Origin: an uncultured Veillonella sp.
GTDB taxonomy: Bacteria > Bacillota > Negativicutes > Veillonellales > Veillonellaceae
Length of the DNA: 64,000 nt
Reading direction: 5' to 3'
NCBI GenBank assembly: GCA_900549805.1
Contig: URPV01000001.1
Location: forward strand, 8,007 to 72,006
Shown one piece after another: positions 58,210 through 64,000 of this stretch. The notes below the pieces were generated by a model. The model searched no databases and had not been told where the DNA came from. It saw only the letters and a list, made by a program, of their open reading frames with translations. A program made the translations under genes and the position numbers. Within the stretch, counting starts at the first letter, position 1. Each line of letters opens with the position of its first letter.

Positions 58210-59262
58210 TTAATCTAAGTAGGTAGCTAGTTGCTCAAAGGTGACTTCCTTGAGCTCGCTATGGCCATAGGTCTTTGGCACTACGATGGTAATGCTAGCC
58301 CCATGGGATTTCTTGTCGTGTTGAGCCGCCTCTAGGAGGCGGTCCTTAGGGATATTCGTGGATGTGGGTAGGTAATGGGCTTCTAGTAGAGCCTTAAGCT
58401 TAGGCAAAACTGCTGGGTCTAAGCCATCGTGCCTTACCGCTCCTTGGGCCATGAGCATGAGGCCGATGGCTACGGCATTGCCATGGGCTACGGTAAATTG
58501 ACTTTCTTTTTCGATGCCATGAGCAAAGGTATGACCTAGGTTTAGGAGGGCTCGGATAGAGCCTTCCTTTTCGTCGGCCTGTACGATGGATGCTTTGGCA
58601 TGAACGCAACGTGCAATTACGGCAGTCGCTTGATCAGGGTTATCTACTAGTGGTTTTGTCTCTAAGAGGTCTAAGAGTCCAGGAACATCCAAGAAACCGT
58701 ACTTGATGATTTCTCCACAACCGTTAATCCATTGGTCTCGTGGTAGTGTCTTGAGCGTTTGTGGATCACAGAGAACTATGATAGGTTGCTTGAAAGCGCC
58801 CCAGAGGTTTTTACCGGCAGATAGGTTGACCGCTGTTTTACCACCAACAGAGGAATCTACGGCGGCTAGGAGGGAGGTAGGAATTTGAATGTAGTCAATT
58901 CCCCGTAAATAGGTAGCGGCGGCAAAGCCTCCCATATCCCCCACTACACCGCCACCTAAGGCGATTAGTAGGTCTCCACGAGTCATCTTGGCATGGGCCA
59001 TGTATTCTACTAATTCTAGGAGGGTGTGAGCATTTTTGGAGCTTTCACCAGCGGGAAAGACAAAGTCTAAGACCTTAAAGCCCGCGACCTCCAATTGAGC
59101 CTTGACCCGATCTAAGTAGAGGGGGGCTACATGACTATCGGATACGATGATAGCCTGGCAGGGATCCTTGAGGGGCAAAATATAGTCACTTAGGTGACTG
59201 AGAAGGTCCTCTTCGATGATGACATCATAAGGGGCACCCGTATTAACGTGAATGCGTTCCAT
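58210..59262 (-). CDS. aroB: 3-dehydroquinate synthase
   Basis: GESSK, GGGVVGD, PTSLLAAVDSSVGGKT, LNLGHTFAH, HGNAV, DKK. Confidence 0.96.
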   Translation of the reverse strand: MERIHVNTGAPYDVIIEEDLLSHLSDYILPLKDPCQAIIVSDSHVAPLYLDRVKAQLEVAGFKVLDFVFPAGESSKNAHTLLELVEYMAHAKMTRGDLLIALGGGVVGDMGGFAAATYLRGIDYIQIPTSLLAAVDSSVGGKTAVNLSAGKNLWGAFKQPIIVLCDPQTLKTLPRDQWINGCGEIIKYGFLDVPGLLDLLETKPLVDNPDQATAVIARCVHAKASIVQADEKEGSIRALLNLGHTFAHGIEKESQFTVAHGNAVAIGLMLMAQGAVRHDGLDPAVLPKLKALLEAHYLPTSTNIPKDRLLEAAQHDKKSHGASITIVVPKTYGHSELKEVTFEQLATYLD

Positions 59263-59344
59263 CCTATCTCCTTTGTATCAACTCAGTAACATGCTTAAGC
59301 ACTTACGAGCCCAGGGCTGTAAGTGCTTAACCTGTATAGTCGTC

Positions 59345-60358
59345 TTATTTTTGAACCTTTACTACGATATCGCGAAGGGCAAAGATATCCTTAGCTAATT
59401 CGTCGAAGGTTTCTGGGCGAAGGGCTTGAGGACCGTCGCAGAGAGCCTTAGCAGGATCGTTGTGAACTTCGATCATGAGGCCGTCGCAGCCTGCTCCTGT
59501 GGAAGCCAATGAGAGAGGGCGTACCATACGACTCATACCAGCTGCATGGGATGGATCCATAATGATTGGCAAGTGAGACAATTCTTTCATCATAGGAACT
59601 GCAGTTACATCTAAGGTGTTACGGGTTTTTGGTTCGAAGGTGCGGATGCCCCGTTCGCAGAGAACTACATTTTCATTGCCTTCGGACATGATGTATTCTG
59701 CAGCCATGAGCCATTCTTCATAGGTAGAGGATAGGCCTCGTTTAAGAAGAACTGGTTTTCTAAGCTTGCCCACTTCTTTTAAGAGGAAGAAGTTTTGCAT
59801 ATTACGAGCACCGATTTGGAGCATGTCCACATCATCAAAGTATTCCAATTGGGAGGCGTCCATGACTTCGGACACGATAGGTAGACCTGTTTCTTTTTTG
59901 GCTGCTACCAAGAGGTCTAGGCCAGCAGGCCCCATGCCTTGGAAGGAGTATGGGGATGTACGAGGCTTGAAAGCGCCACCGCGGAGAATGTTGGCGCCAG
60001 ATGCCTTAACGGCTTTGGCAATACCTACCACTTGTTCTTCCGATTCAACGGAGCAAGGGCCAGCCATGATAGCGAAGTGGCCACCACCGATTTTTACGCC
60101 TCCTACATCGACGATGGTGTCGTCTGGATGGAATTTGCGGTTAGCTTTTTTGAAAGGTTCTTGAATACGAGTCACTTTATCTACAATCTCCAATGATTCA
60201 ATTACACGAGCATCTAGGGAAGAAGTATCGCCGATGAGGCCCAAGATGAGGTAGTTCTCCCCTTGGGTTGGGCTTACGGTTAATCCTTGGTTGGTCAACC
60301 AATTGGTAAGTTCTTGTACTTGTTGTTTGTCAGCCTTGTTCTTGAGTGTGATGATCAT
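59345..60358 (-). CDS. aroF: DAHP synthase, type I-beta with N-terminal ACT-like domain
   Basis: AGPCSVE, RGGAFKPRTSPYSFQG, QIGARNMQNF, LCERGIRTFE, DPSH; GGAGG RBS. Confidence 0.96.
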   Translation of the reverse strand: MIITLKNKADKQQVQELTNWLTNQGLTVSPTQGENYLILGLIGDTSSLDARVIESLEIVDKVTRIQEPFKKANRKFHPDDTIVDVGGVKIGGGHFAIMAGPCSVESEEQVVGIAKAVKASGANILRGGAFKPRTSPYSFQGMGPAGLDLLVAAKKETGLPIVSEVMDASQLEYFDDVDMLQIGARNMQNFFLLKEVGKLRKPVLLKRGLSSTYEEWLMAAEYIMSEGNENVVLCERGIRTFEPKTRNTLDVTAVPMMKELSHLPIIMDPSHAAGMSRMVRPLSLASTGAGCDGLMIEVHNDPAKALCDGPQALRPETFDELAKDIFALRDIVVKVQK

Positions 60359-60406
60359 GATATAACCTCCTGAATGATTGGGCACCTAGCGGTTGGGCAT
60401 ACATAG

Positions 60407-60441
60407 AAAAAGGACCACCCGCTACTACGGGTGGCCCTTTT
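60407..60441 (-). terminator. attenuator terminator in the aro operon leader
   Basis: Minus strand AAAAGGGCCACCCG-tagtag-CGGGTGGTCCTTTTT, located between the promoter and aroF. Confidence 0.85.
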
Positions 60442-60465
60442 AGTATTTAACGCTTGACTGGTAAT

Positions 60466-60555
60466 TTAGCGTACACCAAATAGTCCTTTACCCGTAGACT
60501 GGATAAAGAACCAAAAGTAGTATGCGTTTGTGTGCATGTTAGCTACACTTACCAT
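60466..60555 (-). CDS. aro operon leader peptide MVSVANMHTNAYYFWFFIQSTGKGLFGVR (29 aa)
   Basis: AAAGGAG RBS 7 nt before ATG, six consecutive aromatic codons TAC TAC TTT TGG TTC TTT, stop TAA about 25 nt before the terminator; too short for the ORF track. Confidence 0.88.
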   Translation of the reverse strand: MVSVANMHTNAYYFWFFIQSTGKGLFGVR

Positions 60556-60588
60556 GTCGTGGCTCCTTTTTCTAAAATAACTGCCTCT

Positions 60589-60617
60589 ATTATGCTACTT
60601 CTTTTTAGAGCGGTCAA
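60589..60617 (-). promoter_or_regulatory. sigma-A promoter of the aro operon leader
   Basis: Minus strand TTGACC-17 nt-CATAAT. Confidence 0.7.
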
Positions 60618-60674
60618 GTGTTTTTTGAGAAAAGACATTAAATAGACTGGAATGTGTATATGTATTTAGACTTG

Positions 60675-60692
60675 TATTATTATTATTATTAT
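60675..60692. repeat. (TAT)6 microsatellite
   Basis: TATTATTATTATTATTAT in the divergent intergenic region. Confidence 0.85.
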
Positions 60693-60740
60693 GAAGGTCT
60701 TCCGAGTGCTTGTTCATAGGGGGGTTCTGTGGTTTATGGG

Positions 60741-60772
60741 AAATCCCCCCTAGCTTGCTAGGGGGATTTTTT
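60741..60772 (+). terminator. terminator-like hairpin upstream of the GH3 gene
   Basis: AAATCCCCCCTAGC-tt-GCTAGGGGGATTTTTT, with no plus-strand CDS upstream. Confidence 0.65.
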
Positions 60773-60815
60773 GTATAGTAAAGATACTAACTATCCTATC
60801 TAGAAAGGCATACCT

Positions 60816-61967
60816 ATGAAATTAAAATCCCTTTTAGGCTTATCACTAATGGCCCTTACCCTGCCTCTTGTGACAGCTTGTTCCAACCCCTTTTCGCAAG
60901 GGCAAGAGGCCACCTATGCTTCCGTGAGTCAGAATCAGGATACGCCTGAAGCTAAGGCTAAGACCCTAGTTAAGTCCATGTCCAATGAGGAGAAGGTGGG
61001 GCAGCTCCTCATCTTTGGCGTCTACGGTACAGAGGCAAATGATGACTCCAAGTATATGATCAACTCCTATCATCCAGCCGGTATTATCCTCTTTGACCGC
61101 AATATGAAGGACCCAGACCAGGTGAAAACCTTAATTGGTCAGTTGAAAGATACCTCCAAAGCCAATAGTTCTATCCCCCTCTTCATGGCCATAGATCAAG
61201 AGGGTGGAGCCGTTACCCGCATGGCGGATAGCTTGGTACAGGCACCTCCCGCTCAGGTTTTGGGGACGGAATCTGTCGATAAAGCTGTGGATTGGGATCA
61301 AAAGTCAGGAAAAGAACTCAAGGATTTGGGCTTTAATCTCAACTTTGCCCCTGATGCGGATATGGGGCTCACATATGGCCGCTCCTATTCTTCGGATGAT
61401 CCTAGTAAGGTTGTAGAGTATGCTTATGCTGTAGGCCAAGCCTATCATGATCAAGGGCTCTTCTTTGCCTATAAGCACTTCCCGGGCATAGGGAAGACTG
61501 ATGTAGATCTTCATGCTGATTCTAGTCGGGTGACAGCCTCTAAAGAAGTTCTCATGAATAATGATGCCAAGGTCTTCCAAGATTTGATCGGTAAGACTGA
61601 AAGTAACCAATACATGGTTATGGTTTCCCATGCCATCTACCCAGACTTAGATTCTGACAACCCGGCATCCCTCTCTAAGGCTATTATGGTTGACCTCCTA
61701 CGGAACCAATTTAACTACCAAGGGGTGGTTATTATCGATGACCTAGAAATGGGGGCCCTAGCTAATCACTACTCCTTTGGAGATATGGCCGTTAAATCCG
61801 TCAATGCAGGTGGAGATCTTCTCTTGGTTTGCCAAGACTATGGTCATATGCGAGAAGTTTATAAGGGGCTCTTAGAGGCCGTTGCATCTGGTACTATATC
61901 CCAAGACCGCCTAGATCAAGCTGTTACTCGGGTTCTAACCATGAAACTATCCCGTGACGACATGTAA
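60816..61967 (+). CDS. GH3 beta-N-acetylhexosaminidase-like (NagZ family) lipoprotein
   Basis: Lipobox LVTAC, IDQEGG, NFAP, KHFPGIG...DLH, DDLEMGA. Confidence 0.88.
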   Translation: MKLKSLLGLSLMALTLPLVTACSNPFSQGQEATYASVSQNQDTPEAKAKTLVKSMSNEEKVGQLLIFGVYGTEANDDSKYMINSYHPAGIILFDRNMKDPDQVKTLIGQLKDTSKANSSIPLFMAIDQEGGAVTRMADSLVQAPPAQVLGTESVDKAVDWDQKSGKELKDLGFNLNFAPDADMGLTYGRSYSSDDPSKVVEYAYAVGQAYHDQGLFFAYKHFPGIGKTDVDLHADSSRVTASKEVLMNNDAKVFQDLIGKTESNQYMVMVSHAIYPDLDSDNPASLSKAIMVDLLRNQFNYQGVVIIDDLEMGALANHYSFGDMAVKSVNAGGDLLLVCQDYGHMREVYKGLLEAVASGTISQDRLDQAVTRVLTMKLSRDDM

Positions 61968-61988
61968 TGTTTGTAAATAGATATGATA

Positions 61989-62053
61989 AAGAGGCCCCAG
62001 GCCATCAGAGATAACATTCCTGAAAGAGTTATCAATGTGACCTGGGGCCTCTT
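61989..62053. terminator. long inverted repeat between convergent GH3 and nrdB genes
   Basis: AAGAGGCCCCAGG ... CCTGGGGCCTCTT with inner GATAAC/GTTATC stem. Confidence 0.6.
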
Positions 62054-62116
62054 ACTATTGTAAGTTGCTCTAAACAATCAAAGTTTGAGCTTACTTTGGG
62101 GCTTTTTTAGAGCTTA

Positions 62117-63145
62117 TTATTCGAGATCATCAAAGTCAAAGGCAGCCGCTTTGGTGTAATTGGTTACCTTAGCTTCGAAGAAGTCTGTTTTTGTGTTGTT
62201 AAGGTTAGAGAAACCTTCGATCCAAGCCATAGGGTTTTCCTTGATCTCAGGGTAGAGAATAGGGAGGCCAATAGCTTCAAGGCGGAGGTTAGCCAAGTAC
62301 TTGATATAGCGTTCAATTAAGACATTGTTGAGTCCTAGAATCTTGTCATCCGTAATGTATTGGCCCCATTCGATTTCGTTTTCAGTCCCTTGGCGGATCA
62401 TATCCCGCATTTCTTCTTCAAATTCCTTGGAGAAGAGGTCAGGTCGTTCATGGCGCAATTCCTTGATGATATTTTGGAAGAGAACCAGGTGGGTTACCTC
62501 ATCTCGGTTGATGTACTTGAAGATGGTGGAGGTAGCGGTCATCTTTCCTTGACGAGCCAATGTGTAGAAGAAGGAGAAACCGGAATAGAAGTAAATCCCT
62601 TCTAAGATGTAGTTGGCCATGACAGAACGTACGAAGTTTTGCTCTGTAGGATCATCGGAGAAGCGTTGGTAGTTGTCAGCGATGAAGCGGTTACGGGCCA
62701 AGAGGGTTTTATCAGTACGCCATTCATCATAGATTCGATCCCGGGTAACAGGATTGGTTACAGTGTCCAAGATATAGGAGTAGGATTGGGCGTGAATTTC
62801 TTCTTGGAAGGCTTGGATATTGAGAAGAGATGCCACTTCAGAAGCCGTTACGTAGCGGGATAGGTTAGGCAAGTTTTCGGATTGGATGGAATCCAAGAAG
62901 TTCAAGAAGGAAATAATCTTGTCAAAGGCCCGTCGTTCGGAATCTGTAAGGTAGGGGAATTGTTTGATATCTTCGTTGAGAGAAATCTCTTCTGGAATCC
63001 AAAAGTTGTTGAGCATGGTCCGATACATTTGGTTGGCCCAGTCGTACTTGATCCGGTTCCATTCGCGTAAATTGGTGGTATTCCCTTCAATCATAGATTG
63101 GGTGCCACGGTCGCCTTTTTCGTTGAATATAAGCTTTTTATCCAT
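62117..63145 (-). CDS. nrdB: class I ribonucleotide reductase beta subunit
   Basis: FWIPEEI, LDSIQ, EEIHAQSY (metal ligands plus radical Tyr), LEGIYFYSGF, RDEVTH, DFFE...NY. Confidence 0.93.
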   Translation of the reverse strand: MDKKLIFNEKGDRGTQSMIEGNTTNLREWNRIKYDWANQMYRTMLNNFWIPEEISLNEDIKQFPYLTDSERRAFDKIISFLNFLDSIQSENLPNLSRYVTASEVASLLNIQAFQEEIHAQSYSYILDTVTNPVTRDRIYDEWRTDKTLLARNRFIADNYQRFSDDPTEQNFVRSVMANYILEGIYFYSGFSFFYTLARQGKMTATSTIFKYINRDEVTHLVLFQNIIKELRHERPDLFSKEFEEEMRDMIRQGTENEIEWGQYITDDKILGLNNVLIERYIKYLANLRLEAIGLPILYPEIKENPMAWIEGFSNLNNTKTDFFEAKVTNYTKAAAFDFDDLE

Positions 63146-63241
63146 GAGTAAACCTTTCTTCCTGATCTGAATTTAGTAAAAAGTCCTTATCATTGCCCTA
63201 GAGGTTTCCTGATCGAATTCCTAATCAGGAAGTGGTACCAC

Positions 63242-64000
63242 TTAGGATGAACAAGATGTGCATTCATCCATTTCTAGGGATTGGTTCCGGATATAGTAAA
63301 TGGATTTAACACCTTGCTTGTAGGATTCCATGTATAGGTCTAGGATTTCCTTAGCTTTCATTTGTGGTGTGATATAGAGGTTAAAGGATTGGGATTGGTC
63401 GATGTGCCGTTGACGAATGCCACAGGCCTTGATGGACCATTGTTGGTCGATGGTATGTGCCTCTTTGTAGAGCCAGAAGGTTTCCTTGTTGAGGTCTGGC
63501 GCTGTCTTAGGTGTGAAGGATCCCTTCTTTTCTTCAATGAAGAACTTCTTGAAAATAGGGTCAATACCAGCGGTAGTATTGGCGATGTTAGAGGTGGACC
63601 CAGTTGGGGCTACAGCCATGAGGTAGCCGTTGCGGATGCCGTATTTTTTAACGTCAGCCGCCAGTTTTTGCCATCTTTCAGAGGTGTAACCACGACGGGT
63701 GAAGTATTCTCCGCTTTCCCATTCAGACCCTTTAAAGGCAGGGTAGGCGCCTTTTTCCTTGGCCAATTCCATGGAGGCCTTGATAGCGGCGTAGGCGATG
63801 TTTTCAAAGAGCTTGTCCGCTACTTGTAAGTGTTCTTCTGTTTCCCATTGAATCTTATGTTTTACTAGGTAGTGGTGATAGCCGGAGGTGCCTAAGCCAA
63901 TAGCCCGGTACTTGTCCGAGGTGAAACGGGATTCAGGGACTGGGGCCTGGTTAATGGTGATAACGTTATCCAACATGCGGATTTGGAGGGCAATATTTTC
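63242..64000 (-). CDS. nrdA: class I ribonucleotide reductase alpha subunit, C-terminal part (runs off window)
   Basis: RAIGLG, IRNGYLMAVAPTGSTS, QRHIDQSQS, KSIYY, terminal CTSC; frame is open to the window end. Confidence 0.93.
   Translation of the reverse strand, partial: ENIALQIRMLDNVITINQAPVPESRFTSDKYRAIGLGTSGYHHYLVKHKIQWETEEHLQVADKLFENIAYAAIKASMELAKEKGAYPAFKGSEWESGEYFTRRGYTSERWQKLAADVKKYGIRNGYLMAVAPTGSTSNIANTTAGIDPIFKKFFIEEKKGSFTPKTAPDLNKETFWLYKEAHTIDQQWSIKACGIRQRHIDQSQSFNLYITPQMKAKEILDLYMESYKQGVKSIYYIRNQSLEMDECTSCSS

Noticed and set aside
62117..63145. Possible metal-free or unusual RNR beta subunit
   Set aside because: All canonical Asp/Glu/His ligands and the radical Tyr are present.

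Overview
Core-genome window of a Negativicutes bacterium, most likely Veillonella-like. This is inferred from an OmpM-type SLH protein, Bacillota-type T-boxes, the ffs-dnaX-ybaB-recR-bofA order and a TrpCF fusion. It holds about 60 housekeeping CDSs: an ABC-2 efflux module, apt, an ECF transporter, hisJ, queF, cysE, mntH, hydE, a T-box-controlled trpEGD(CF)BA operon, T-box-ileS, guaA, dnaX-ybaB-recR, a helicase-exonuclease fusion, aroD, pdxK, the aroF-aroB-aroA-aroC-pheA-aroE/K operon, a GH3 lipoprotein and nrdAB. It also holds tRNA-Ser(GCT) and the SRP RNA. No mobile element, prophage or CRISPR array is visible. The most striking unannotated element lies in the leader of the shikimate operon (minus strand, ~60407-60617). 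It has a sigma-A promoter, a 29-aa leader peptide with the run Tyr-Tyr-Phe-Trp-Phe-Phe, and mutually exclusive 1:2, 2:3 and 3:4 (terminator) helices. This fits a ribosome-mediated attenuator that could sense all three aromatic amino acids. Other candidates are a mini-OmpM (SLH, long linker, only a two-strand beta-hairpin ending in Trp), an orphan C/A-rich small RNA, a terminator/antiterminator leader before the GH3 gene, an S-component-ATPase fusion in the ECF module, and an OhrR-like regulator with its sensing Cys replaced by Ser. All family calls come from motif recognition by eye; no searches were run.
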